A stretch of 32,000 nucleotides of DNA from Prochlorococcus marinus str. NATL2A (GCF_000012465.1 NC_007335.2:990001-1022000), one strand, 5' to 3'. Shown: positions 1 to 7,383, counted from the first letter of the stretch. Program-made: numbers and translations. The notes: generated by a model not told the origin, from the sequence alone.

Positions 1-216
1 TTCGTATTCATTGTTTTCTCTGGATTGAATAGTGCTGAGGCAGTAATACAAGGCTGGGTTCCACCAGAGGATTATGGAGAAGGAGACTCATATGAAATGG
101 GAATGGAAACCGAAGAAGAAGCTATAGAGATGGAGTCACAAACTAAAGAGTTGAGTATGGAGGATATTTTTGGGGATGAACAAGTTTTTCCTTTTCCACC
201 TGGCCTAGGCAATTAA
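1..216 (+). CDS. 3' end of a CDS entering from the left edge; hydrophobic segment then very acidic tail
   Basis: Frame 1 is open from base 1 (FVFIVFSGLNSAEAV...) and continues into the 25..216 ORF. The TTG at 25 is probably internal. Confidence 0.35.
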   Translation, partial: FVFIVFSGLNSAEAVIQGWVPPEDYGEGDSYEMGMETEEEAIEMESQTKELSMEDIFGDEQVFPFPPGLGN

Positions 217-286
217 TCAAAACGCAAACATTCGCTTTAGTAAGGTAGATACAGATAACTATCTAACTTTTAAGTTTGTTGAACTA

Positions 287-697
287 ATGGCAGCAATAAA
301 AAAAGACTCAGAGCCTCTAGATAACTTATCCAGTCAAGAGATAGAGGATATTGTCAGATCAAACGAAATTTTGGATCAAGAAAATGAAAGACTAATCAAA
401 GAAGAAGAAATAGAGGCACAAAGATTCTCAAAGACAAAATCTACAAAAAGATTCCTTAGACGATTAAGAAGATCTCCACTTGAAGTGATAAATCGATCAC
501 TCTTTTTTGTATTCATTGGTAGTTTTATCTTCTCCTTTGTCTCTGTGTACTCAATCAACAAGTTGTGGTTTGTTTTTTATGTCATCAGTGCCTTCTCATG
601 TGTTTTATACACTCCAAATAGACAAGCCCTAAAGGAACTAATTGCAGCATGGCCAAATATCGAAGATCTTTTAAAAAAAAGAAGTTTATGGAAATAA
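287..697 (+). CDS. hypothetical membrane protein: charged N-terminus plus two predicted TM helices
   Basis: 136-aa ORF. It has an acidic/basic N-terminal half followed by SLFFVFIGSFIFSFVSVY and LWFVFYVISAFSCVLY hydrophobic helices. The antisense ORF 376..561 is low quality. Confidence 0.55.
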   Translation: MAAIKKDSEPLDNLSSQEIEDIVRSNEILDQENERLIKEEEIEAQRFSKTKSTKRFLRRLRRSPLEVINRSLFFVFIGSFIFSFVSVYSINKLWFVFYVISAFSCVLYTPNRQALKELIAAWPNIEDLLKKRSLWK

Positions 698-784
698 ATT
701 ATTTAGACTTATAGACCATTGATGTGAAAATTATTTACTGAGGTAAGTCTCAACTATTCTAAATTCAAAATTGATTAAAAGGTA

Positions 785-1126
785 ATGGATAAAAAAGGAG
801 CCAAAGGGTACTGGATCTCAACGGCAAAAATTATTAATCAAGAATTATTTGATGAATATGTCGAAAAAGTTGGGCCATGGCTAAAAGAGAATGGTGGGAA
901 GGTATTCGCGAAAGATACAGACCCAAGAGGAAAAGAAAAAACTGAAGATTCAAACCTTGCAGTCATTTGTGAATTTCCATCTATGCGAATAGCTGTAGAT
1001 GCTTATGAGTCAAGTGAATATCAAGAACTTTCAAAGCTACGTAAAGCAGCCACCGTGAATGCAACGTTCACAATTATGGAAGGAATGGACGAGGCAACAA
1101 AACTTAGAAGAGCAATGGGAATGTAG
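785..1126 (+). CDS. DUF1330 family protein
   Basis: 113 aa. The GYWIS...GGKVFAKD...AVICEFPSMRIAVDAYESSEYQEL pattern matches the DUF1330 signature (EFPS...A..WY.S.EYQ) as I remember it. Confidence 0.8.
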   Translation: MDKKGAKGYWISTAKIINQELFDEYVEKVGPWLKENGGKVFAKDTDPRGKEKTEDSNLAVICEFPSMRIAVDAYESSEYQELSKLRKAATVNATFTIMEGMDEATKLRRAMGM

Positions 1127-1219
1127 ATAATGGCATCAAACACCTCACTATTCATTTCATATAAATGAATGAATTGATCAAATAATTAATAGCATTAAAA
1201 CATTAGGAGGCATATTCTG

Positions 1220-2068
1220 ATGAGTTCACAAAATAGAAGTGACGATCAAGAGCTGGTCAGCAAAAACCTTGAATTAATTATTAGTTCGAGTAACTACCAA
1301 TTAGCCCATGAAGATAGAGAGTTGCTCAATAGTGATGAAATGAGAGGAGTGCGAATGCTTCTAGAAATTAATAAACCAGAAAAAATCTTGGAAGAGCAGA
1401 ATATCTTATCAACAATTATCGTCTTTGGAGGTGCAAGTTTATCTGATAAAAGCTCTATAGATCACAGAATTGAACTAGCAAAGAACTCTCTCGCTAAAGA
1501 TCCACGCTCATCGAATTTAAAGAGAGAATTAACACGGCTAAAGAATCTACAATCAATCTCTCATTACTACGACTCTGCTAGAGAGTTCGCGAAGATTGTC
1601 TCCAGACAAAACCAAAAAGAGCATTGCAATTCACATGTAATTGTCACTGGTGGTGGTCCGGGGATTATGGAGGCTGCCAATCGAGGTGCTTTTGATGCGG
1701 ACTGTAAATCAATAGGATTAAACATAAGTCTCCCAAACGAGCAACATCCCAATGCATATATCACCCCTGGGCTTTGCTTTAAATTTAATTATTTCGCCTT
1801 ACGAAAATTTCATTTTGTGATGCGATCAGTTGCAGCTGTCTTTTTCCCTGGGGGATTTGGAACATTTGATGAACTATTCGAATTACTCACTCTTCGTCAA
1901 ACAGGAATGAAAACAGAAATTCCAATTATTCTTTTTGGTCGAGATTATTGGTCGAAAGTGATCAACTTTCAATTCCTTTCAGATCACGGACTTATCTCAG
2001 ATGAACACATGAAACTCTTTCAATACGCCGATAGTGCTTCAGAAGCATGGGACATAATCAAACAATAG
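1220..2068 (+). CDS. LOG family (TIGR00730) nucleotide phosphoribohydrolase-like protein
   Basis: GGGPGIMEAANRGA and PGGFGTFDELFE (the PGGxGTxxE hallmark) are both present. An AGGAGG-like RBS (ttaggagg) lies upstream of the ATG. Confidence 0.9.
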   Translation: MSSQNRSDDQELVSKNLELIISSSNYQLAHEDRELLNSDEMRGVRMLLEINKPEKILEEQNILSTIIVFGGASLSDKSSIDHRIELAKNSLAKDPRSSNLKRELTRLKNLQSISHYYDSAREFAKIVSRQNQKEHCNSHVIVTGGGPGIMEAANRGAFDADCKSIGLNISLPNEQHPNAYITPGLCFKFNYFALRKFHFVMRSVAAVFFPGGFGTFDELFELLTLRQTGMKTEIPIILFGRDYWSKVINFQFLSDHGLISDEHMKLFQYADSASEAWDIIKQ

Positions 2069-2083
2069 TCCTATCATCGGGAA

Positions 2084-2365
2084 ATGGATTGGAAGACATC
2101 ACTAGATTGGTATTGCTCAGGTAACATTCTTGAAAAAGAAGATGTCGACCTTTTAGAGGAACACTATCAAGAGATAATCAATGAAAGCGATTCGAATTTC
2201 TCCCCAGAAATAGCTCCAAAACATATTTGTAACCAAACAAATATTCCAGAGGGAAGTTCTTGGATCACAGCAGTTGCAGTAATACTTGATCGATTAAATC
2301 CAGTAAAAACAGGTAAACCAAGAAGTTTATTAGTCGATCAATTAAGAAGAAAGCAAAGCAGTTAA
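2084..2365 (+). CDS. small conserved hypothetical protein, family A (APKHIC...EGSSWIT...ILD..NP)
   Basis: 93 aa. It is clearly paralogous to 14278..14559 and 5423..5719, and starts 15 nt after the LOG stop codon. Confidence 0.7.
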   Translation: MDWKTSLDWYCSGNILEKEDVDLLEEHYQEIINESDSNFSPEIAPKHICNQTNIPEGSSWITAVAVILDRLNPVKTGKPRSLLVDQLRRKQSS

Positions 2366-2761
2366 ACCCTCTTTATACAAAAGAGTTGAACATAAAAGAC
2401 CCGAAGCCCAACAAAGTCCTCTAGCAGGAGGAATATCGCCAACATAAGCACCGATATAGATAAACCTCACAATTGGGTGAACCCACGCAGCTATTACGGC
2501 CACAGGGGACACAACACCGGCAATCAGACATAGCAAACATGCAGGAGCGTGAAGAGTGATACTCTCCCAGCAATTTTGATGACACCAGACAGCTCTTTTA
2601 CCAAAATCAGGAAGTTCATCAAACAAGGCTCTTGGCGCACTCATATTCTCAGCTGAATAACCAGCCTTGACTCGGCCATACGTTAGTGGTCCAATTGAAA
2701 TCAAGACAACAACGGCAGACAGGCATAGGCTCCAAGCAAAAGCTGTTTCCATGGAATTCAT
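2342..2761 (-). CDS. MAPEG family membrane protein
   Basis: 139 aa with 3-4 hydrophobic helices. The segment RAVWCHQNCWESITLHAP resembles the MAPEG R..H.N..E motif. Its 3' end overlaps the convergent 2084..2365 gene by 24 nt. Confidence 0.7.
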   Translation of the reverse strand: MNSMETAFAWSLCLSAVVVLISIGPLTYGRVKAGYSAENMSAPRALFDELPDFGKRAVWCHQNCWESITLHAPACLLCLIAGVVSPVAVIAAWVHPIVRFIYIGAYVGDIPPARGLCWASGLLCSTLLYKEGLTALLSS

Positions 2762-2962
2762 AAATATATTTTGAGCCTAAGTGAGGCAGATTCAAATTGC
2801 GGTTTAAAAGGTGTGTTGAAGATTGCTTTTAGAACAAGTTGTACAAACCAAGTTTTCAAAAAGATGATAAAAACACAATATTTAGTTCATAAACTTGTTA
2901 TTCTCTAGGTGTCATAGAGACTTCAGCTCGACTAAAACATCCATTATTAAAATAATCCAACC

Positions 2963-3127
2963 ATGGACTGGGATTCTGCAAAACAACATTGCACTGAGCG
3001 AAACTGGCAATGGTCATTGGAATTAATCAATCAGGCTCAAAAGGAGATGCAAGATTTAGAGACGAAGCTAAAAAAATGTGAGGATCAACAGAAAGCTAAT
3101 CGTTTGTATAACGCGTGTAATTACTGA
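2963..3127 (+). CDS. small hypothetical protein, 54 aa, 3 Cys, coiled-coil-like
   Basis: Hand-translated: MDWDSAKQHCTERNWQWSLELINQAQKEMQDLETKLKKCEDQQKANRLYNACNY. Its TGA overlaps the ATG of the next ORF (TGATG). Confidence 0.4.
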   Translation: MDWDSAKQHCTERNWQWSLELINQAQKEMQDLETKLKKCEDQQKANRLYNACNY

Positions 3128-3333
3128 TGGAAGAGATGAGCGCAACAATAGTTCCATTGGGTTCACTTGCTTTTTTATTTGCTGTGATATCAGTCCTTGT
3201 GTTCCTTAGGAAGGCTAGTATCGCAAGACAAGCTGATGCATCCATAAAAAATAGAATAGAAGCAAAAAGAAATGAAAAGTCAGAGACTCTTGAAGAACAA
3301 AAAAAACGTTTAGAACTTTTGCTTAAGAAATAA
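3127..3333 (+). CDS. small membrane-anchored protein, 68 aa
   Basis: N-terminal TM (VPLGSLAFLFAVISVLVFL) followed by a K/E-rich helix. Start/stop overlap with 2963..3127 favours the plus strand over antisense ORF 3096..3344. Confidence 0.5.
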   Translation: MEEMSATIVPLGSLAFLFAVISVLVFLRKASIARQADASIKNRIEAKRNEKSETLEEQKKRLELLLKK

Positions 3334-3345
3334 AAAGATACCAAT

Positions 3346-3606
3346 TTACAAATTATCGTCGCTTATTTTGCCAATCCTTTTAATCGGATTAGATCCATCT
3401 CTATGATTTGCTGGATCAAATGGGAAATTTGTATCTGGTCCTAAAAGATCATCAATACTTTTTGAATCCATTGAACTTTGATCATTTTCAATATCAGCAT
3501 CCATTGCCATTAAAACCGGCTGTGCTTCAACTGACTGGAAGCAAACACACATCACTACAAATAGAGACAGAAATAATCCAAAACAAGTTTTTATAACACT
3601 TTTCAT
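3346..3606 (-). CDS. secreted or periplasmic hypothetical protein
   Basis: Signal-peptide-like N-terminus (MKSVIKTCFGLFLSLFVVMCVCFQSVEA/QP) followed by an acidic mature part. Confidence 0.6.
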   Translation of the reverse strand: MKSVIKTCFGLFLSLFVVMCVCFQSVEAQPVLMAMDADIENDQSSMDSKSIDDLLGPDTNFPFDPANHRDGSNPIKRIGKISDDNL

Positions 3607-3669
3607 AGAGAAGCAAAAAAATTAACTATTTCATGAAGGAAAGTTTATGTCCTCACGTCTAATAAAATC

Positions 3670-3831
3670 CTAGTCTTCAAAAATAAGGCATGCAGGTGAA
3701 GAAGGATTTAAAGCGCACTCTTTCTCCCAGTAGGAAGCAACCGCTGTCATTCCTCTTTTAACTGCCTCGTGTTTCATACCGATGTCACCCATAGCATCGT
3801 TAGGAACACTAAATGAAGTTTGAAGTTTCAT
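3670..3831 (-). CDS. CP12-C-terminus-like mini-protein, 53 aa
   Basis: Hand-translated: MKLQTSFSVPNDAMGDIGMKHEAVKRGMTAVASYWEKECALNPSSPACLIFED. The C-x8-C loop containing NP and the aromatic-acidic end resemble the CP12 C-terminal loop. It is paralogous to 20620..20793. Confidence 0.6.
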   Translation of the reverse strand: MKLQTSFSVPNDAMGDIGMKHEAVKRGMTAVASYWEKECALNPSSPACLIFED

Positions 3832-4019
3832 AGTTTCTCTTCAATTAACCATGGTATAAACCATCAAGAAGGCCTATGGCAAGGGAATTTATCCTTATCT
3901 TTCTTACAATTTATATTAAGGCACCATTTGTTATGTTGTTAAGAAAAAAATTCAATTATTGAAAACTGATGAACTGCTGCAAAAAGAAAATCAACCAAAT
4001 CAATTAAAGAGTCAAATTA

Positions 4020-4154
4020 ATGACTTCGACAATAATATCAATAATGACATTAGGCATCCTCATAACAGGAATTTCTGTTTGGTGGGTCAGAACAACCCTT
4101 AAAGAAGGTAATAATGCACTTGAAGAAAGCCAAAAAGAAAATCAAGACAATTAA
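4020..4154 (+). CDS. small single-TM protein, family F (WW[VI]R.T[LI]K.G motif), 44 aa
   Basis: MTSTIISIMTLGILITGISVWWVRTTLKEGNNALEESQKENQDN. It shares the VWWVRTTLKEG / FWWIRMTIKNG motif with 14055..14246. Confidence 0.45.
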   Translation: MTSTIISIMTLGILITGISVWWVRTTLKEGNNALEESQKENQDN

Positions 4155-4214
4155 AAATCTTTTATAAATTTAAATTGCCAAAAATTTTGAGAAAAAGATT
4201 TGAACATTAAGTCC

Positions 4215-4244
4215 AAAAAAAATTCCTCCACTGTTCAGTGGAGG
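4215..4244 (-). terminator. rho-independent terminator for 4278..4565
   Basis: The stem CCTCCAC/GTGGAGG (4225-4231 / 4238-4244) is followed on the minus strand by a T-run (A-run 4215-4222 on plus). Confidence 0.7.
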
Positions 4245-4277
4245 AGATAACGAAACATTCATCAGACCAACTATCAG

Positions 4278-4565
4278 CTACTTCTTATTAAGAGCAGCCT
4301 TAACCTTTGTGGGAGACAACGCCTTTAGCTCCTCTTTTAGTTCGTTTTGACGATCATCAAGAACTTTAATACGTGCTTGATAACTCTCTTCTAATCTCTT
4401 TCTAGAGTCCTCAATGTTATCGAGTTCCTCTTGACGTTGATTACGCTTTAGCTCTTCAAGCTGGCTATCAGAAACTACATAAACAGTTCTGGCAGGAGCT
4501 ATTAAAGAATCAGAGAAAAAAGTGTCGAAGAGTGAAGTGTACATAACTTTTCTTTCGGAGTACAT
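4278..4565 (-). CDS. hypothetical coiled-coil protein, 95 aa
   Basis: Clean ORF with a long charged heptad-like region (EELKRNQRQEELDNIEDSRKRLEESYQARIKVLDDRQNELKEELK) and a terminator immediately downstream. An alternative start exists at Met8 (4544). Confidence 0.7.
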   Translation of the reverse strand: MYSERKVMYTSLFDTFFSDSLIAPARTVYVVSDSQLEELKRNQRQEELDNIEDSRKRLEESYQARIKVLDDRQNELKEELKALSPTKVKAALNKK

Positions 4566-4721
4566 AACTACTCTGTCTTAAATTAATTTAGTTTGGAATG
4601 AGGTGAACCGAAGAAAATTATTCGGTAACTATCACTCACTTCGGTTGCTACTACTGAAAAGTTAGGTATACCGACCACTAAACAGACCCCAAAGACGACT
4701 TTCAAAAGAAACAACAAAATA

Positions 4722-4880
4722 ATGGCTACATATTCGCTCTTACTAGGAATCATCGTGATCATCATTTCATGGAAATTCTTCAATGACTGGGCGTCTGGTC
4801 TGGCAGGATTTATTTACGGAGGCGTCTTATTTTGGGGTATCAAATTATTTATTCAGCTGATCAAAGCTTTATTTGGATAA
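4722..4880 (+). CDS. small two-helix membrane peptide, 52 aa
   Basis: Hand-translated: MATYSLLLGIIVIIISWKFFNDWASGLAGFIYGGVLFWGIKLFIQLIKALFG. It competes with antisense ORF 4583..4783. Confidence 0.35.
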   Translation: MATYSLLLGIIVIIISWKFFNDWASGLAGFIYGGVLFWGIKLFIQLIKALFG

Positions 4881-4900
4881 AAACAATGATGCTATTGAAA

Positions 4901-5056
4901 TTAAATGAAACTACTGAAACCATGTCTTAACCCCCAAAAGATAGTTACCAAAATCGCTGACAAAGGAAGAGCAATGGCAAGTGTGATATTGATTGTCCTA
5001 AAAGTCTTACCAACTCCATTACTCGTATCTTTAGACGGATCTACGATAAGTGGCAT
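4901..5056 (-). CDS. small single-TM protein, 51 aa
   Basis: Hand-translated: MPLIVDPSKDTSNGVGKTFRTINITLAIALPLSAILVTIFWGLRHGFSSFI. The polar N-terminus plus one clean TM looks more protein-like than the overlapping plus ORF 4905..5108. Confidence 0.4.
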   Translation of the reverse strand: MPLIVDPSKDTSNGVGKTFRTINITLAIALPLSAILVTIFWGLRHGFSSFI

Positions 5057-5134
5057 GGCGAGTACGTATTTTTTTATTTATAGACGCAAATTCCATTCAA
5101 TTGGTTAGATTGTCGTAATTATCGAGACAGTCTC

Positions 5135-5350
5135 ATGTATTTATTAGGTCTAGGACTATTAGTTTTAAGCACTTGGTATCTGATGAAGCTATACACAAAT
5201 TTCAACAATGATCCAATGGCAAAGAAAGAAATCGATAACGCATGGCAAGAAGCTAAGAAGGAAGCAAAAGGTAAAAATCCTTTTGCTCCAGGAAGGATTA
5301 AAGAGGCTCTCAATGCATATAAAGCTGATATGAAAAAGGAAGACACCTAA
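5135..5350 (+). CDS. small N-terminally anchored membrane protein, 71 aa (family F-like architecture)
   Basis: TM (LLGLGLLVLSTWYLMKL) followed by a K/E-rich soluble tail. It directly precedes family A gene 5423..5719. Antisense ORF 5119..5346 is rejected. Confidence 0.55.
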   Translation: MYLLGLGLLVLSTWYLMKLYTNFNNDPMAKKEIDNAWQEAKKEAKGKNPFAPGRIKEALNAYKADMKKEDT

Positions 5351-5422
5351 AAGATAGAAAAATCCAAAGAGACGATAATTAGTAGAACATAAAAGCTAAA
5401 ATATAAATTTATTAATTTCTTA

Positions 5423-5719
5423 GTGACACCCTCTTTGGTTTTAATGGATTATGTAGACAGAAAGACATTGAATAACGAACAACTATCATATCTCGAACAA
5501 GTTTTAAAAGCCTCAATTCAGAAATTGAAATTCACAGGAATCAAACCTGCTATTGCCAATAATGAAATATGTGATGCAGCTCTCCTTTCCCAGGGTTCAT
5601 ATGAAATAAGTTGTATTGCATCCATACTCGATATGCTTCAGCCAACAAAAAAACCCATGGAGCGTAAAACAAAAGTATTCAACGCTTTATGCAATGCAGG
5701 GTTAATAGTTACTGATTAA
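5423..5719 (+). CDS. small conserved hypothetical protein, divergent family A member
   Basis: 98 aa with a GTG start. It aligns with 2084..2365 and 14278..14559 (L..Y, L.LE, EIC, QGSYEISCIASILDMLQP versus EGSSWITCLASILDKSNP). Confidence 0.65.
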   Translation: MTPSLVLMDYVDRKTLNNEQLSYLEQVLKASIQKLKFTGIKPAIANNEICDAALLSQGSYEISCIASILDMLQPTKKPMERKTKVFNALCNAGLIVTD

Positions 5720-5778
5720 ATAAAAGGCGTACCTTAAAAGACAAATTAGGACAGATATTTTCAAAATAACTATGAAAA

Positions 5779-5823
5779 GCCAGTGAGAGGCATTGAACCT
5801 CTCATGCCGCCTAGACGGTCTGG
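5779..5823 (-). terminator. structured 3' element/terminator of the H1-like gene (multi-stem)
   Basis: It contains TGAGAGG-cattgaa-CCTCTCA and CCG-cctaga-CGG hairpins enclosed by CCAG/CTGG, and starts 8 nt after the stop codon. A homologous element with compensatory changes lies at 16700..16746. Confidence 0.7.
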
Positions 5824-5830
5824 TGAAGTT

Positions 5831-6349
5831 TTATTTAGCAGCTTCAGGTGCTTTTCTGGCTTTGCGTGCACGCCTAGCAGGCCTACCAGCACTTGGCTTG
5901 ACGACCGCAGAAACCTCGACTTTAGCTTTGGCTGCAGCCTTTTTGGCTACAGGCTTTTTAGCTACTGCCTTCTTTGCTGTAGCCTTTTTAGCAACTGCCT
6001 TCTTTGCTGTTGCCTTTTTAGCAACTGATTTTTTTGCTGCAGTAGCTTTTGGAGCAGCTCCTTTACGTGTCCGATGAGAAAGAATTAAAGCCCATTCATC
6101 AGCACTAATATTTGCTGGCTTATTTCCATGAACCTCAGAAACTTTTGCTGCTTTTTCGATATCTTTAATTAGGTTTTTCCAAGAAGCCGCGTATCGTTTA
6201 TCAGACTGAGATTTTGCTCCGCTTTCAACAAGGGTTTCAACGACTTGAGAAGCAGTGACCTTTTTACGACGTCTGTTAAAGATCTCCTTTTGCAAGGTAG
6301 CGATCAAGGCATCACCTTTAGCACTAACTTTGATGGATAACTGAGACAT
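5831..6349 (-). CDS. histone H1-like / AT-hook-like DNA-binding protein (conserved N-domain plus Ala/Lys-rich tail)
   Basis: 172 aa. The N-terminal ~96 aa are nearly identical to 16754..17341. The tail is KKA[TV]AKKAVA repeats ending in AGRPARRARKA (GRP core of an AT-hook). Confidence 0.85.
   Translation of the reverse strand: MSQLSIKVSAKGDALIATLQKEIFNRRRKKVTASQVVETLVESGAKSQSDKRYAASWKNLIKDIEKAAKVSEVHGNKPANISADEWALILSHRTRKGAAPKATAAKKSVAKKATAKKAVAKKATAKKAVAKKPVAKKAAAKAKVEVSAVVKPSAGRPARRARKARKAPEAAK
5951..6040. repeat. three tandem 30-bp units inside the H1-like tail
   Basis: The units are aggctttttagctactgccttctttgctgt / agcctttttagcaactgccttctttgctgt / tgcctttttagcaactgatttttttgctgc. They encode the KKATAKKAVA repeats on the minus strand. 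Confidence 0.85.
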
Positions 6350-6635
6350 AACTCAATAATTACTTTCTTAATACATCTATCACATATAGGGTATTAAATT
6401 CAATAGTCAATGGTTAATCGACTACTAATGTTTCATATATCTAACAAATTCAACTTAAAGTGACACGTTTATACCAATTAAAATTAATCGAAAATTTCTC
6501 GACAATGAGAAGAAAATCATATCCAGTGGGTGAGAGGAGACCCTAAACAAATACAAGAAACTGTTAGCCAATAGGGGTCATAAACTGATGAAATATCGTA
6601 TGAAACTCATACAAGAAATTAATCAAGTCAGAGCC

Positions 6636-6917
6636 TTAGGCCACCTCTGGACACCAACCAATCTCGCTCTCTCGTTGCTGAATCCAGAGATGACAACGTG
6701 AGATCAAATGATCTCCATGAGGAATTAAACGACGATGAACATGACAGGAAAGAATTGTTCTGCAATGCTTGTCGCTGGAATAATTGAAATGTTGACATGT
6801 CATGCAAACGCGAGCTGAACATGTTTTTTTGAGAATCCCTTTCTCAAGGAATTGCCACTCTTCTTCTTGATCGAAGATTTGATCGGTGTAAGCTTCTTCG
6901 GAGCGAGTCGTAGACAT
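6636..6917 (-). CDS. Cys/His-rich hypothetical protein (possible metal-binding)
   Basis: MSTTRSEEAYTDQIF...CSARVCMTCQHF...HCRTILSCHVH...PHGDHLISRCHLW. I placed the start at the second Met (6917); the ORF is open to 6956. Confidence 0.6.
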   Translation of the reverse strand: MSTTRSEEAYTDQIFDQEEEWQFLEKGILKKTCSARVCMTCQHFNYSSDKHCRTILSCHVHRRLIPHGDHLISRCHLWIQQRESEIGWCPEVA

Positions 6918-7200
6918 TGTCCAATACCAATAGGTTGCGCTACGGCAGATACCCATTCCTCAGCCTTAAAAACAGCATACGGGGAAGCAGATGGAGTCAT
7001 TTACCTTTAGCAGTACACATGTACTAGCAAAGAAAATTAGGTATTGTCAAGTCATCTATTTCAAAACATCTAGAAAATGGATTCTCCAATACCAGGAATT
7101 AAGCAGACCAAAGGTTAGAACTCGACACTTATTACAAAGAGATAAAGGGTAATAAAAAAATATAAACGGATAAGTCCAGTCAAGAAAAACCAATAAAAAA

Positions 7201-7219
7201 GCCCTCATCTTATGAGGGC
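7201..7219 (-). terminator. rho-independent terminator reading on the minus strand
   Basis: GCCCTCAT-ctt-ATGAGGGC is preceded on plus by A6, which gives a T-run after the hairpin on the minus strand. Confidence 0.65.
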
Positions 7220-7294
7220 AAATATTATCGGCTGAAAGATCCCCATCACCCAGCTCCCAAAAATAATAATCAAATCAATCAGATTAGGCAACAT
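7205..7294 (-). CDS. 29-aa strongly hydrophobic peptide ORF (speculative)
   Basis: Hand-translated: MLPNLIDLIIIFGSWVMGIFQPIIFALIR. The ORF ends inside the terminator hairpin, and one copy of the 15-nt repeat lies within it. Confidence 0.3.
   Translation of the reverse strand: MLPNLIDLIIIFGSWVMGIFQPIIFALIR
7239..7253. repeat. 15-nt direct repeat copy 1 (ATCCCCATCACCCAG)
   Basis: Exact match to 7384..7398, 145 bp away, within an otherwise non-coding AT-rich region. Confidence 0.9.
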
Positions 7295-7383
7295 TAAAGC
7301 ACCATATCTTTCACCTCAGACTTAAACGAACACCATCAGTAGGGGGGGGGTTGATTTATCAAAGAAATAGGGTTAGAAATAGT

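Noticed and set aside
3096-3344. 82-aa minus-strand ORF overlapping 3127..3333
   Set aside because: The plus-strand pair is start/stop coupled (TGATG) and has a cleaner TM plus charged-tail architecture. The minus product is rich in Ser/Phe antisense-type sequence.
4583-4783. 66-aa minus-strand ORF
   Set aside because: It overlaps the plus-strand 52-aa membrane ORF at 4722..4880. Neither is proven, and I kept the plus ORF at low confidence only. The minus ORF lacks a polar domain and looks like hydrophobic antisense.
4905-5108. 67-aa plus-strand ORF
   Set aside because: The overlapping minus-strand 51-aa ORF (4901..5056) has a more convincing polar head plus single-TM layout. The plus product has irregular composition.
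5119-5346. 75-aa minus-strand ORF opposite 5135..5350
   Set aside because: This is the antisense of a K/E-rich gene, which produces Phe/Leu/Ser-rich sequence. The plus ORF sits in cassette position before a family A gene.
5783-6077. Plus-strand ORFs 5783..6028 and 5793..6077, opposite the H1-like gene
   Set aside because: They are antisense reading frames kept open by the Ala/Lys low-complexity repeats (GCn/AAR complements). Their products are repetitive Leu/Phe/Cys or Ala/Phe strings, and the minus-strand gene has a conserved paralog.
6520-6545. Minus-strand UCUCCUCUCACCCAC, resembling the conserved Yfr1 sRNA core (ACUCCUCACAC as I recall it)
   Set aside because: It is not an exact match to the motif. 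The flanking double stem-loop architecture is not evident, and the genomic context differs from what I remember for Yfr1.
6628-7000. ORFs 6628..6822 and 6800..7000 on the minus strand
   Set aside because: They are alternative frames overlapping the Cys/His-rich ORF 6636..6917 and show no distinctive features.
7012-7025. Possible NtcA site (GTA-N8-TAC) in AGTACACATGTACT, and a similar GTA-N7-TAC at 27874-27886
   Set aside because: The spacings are N6 and N7, not the required N8.
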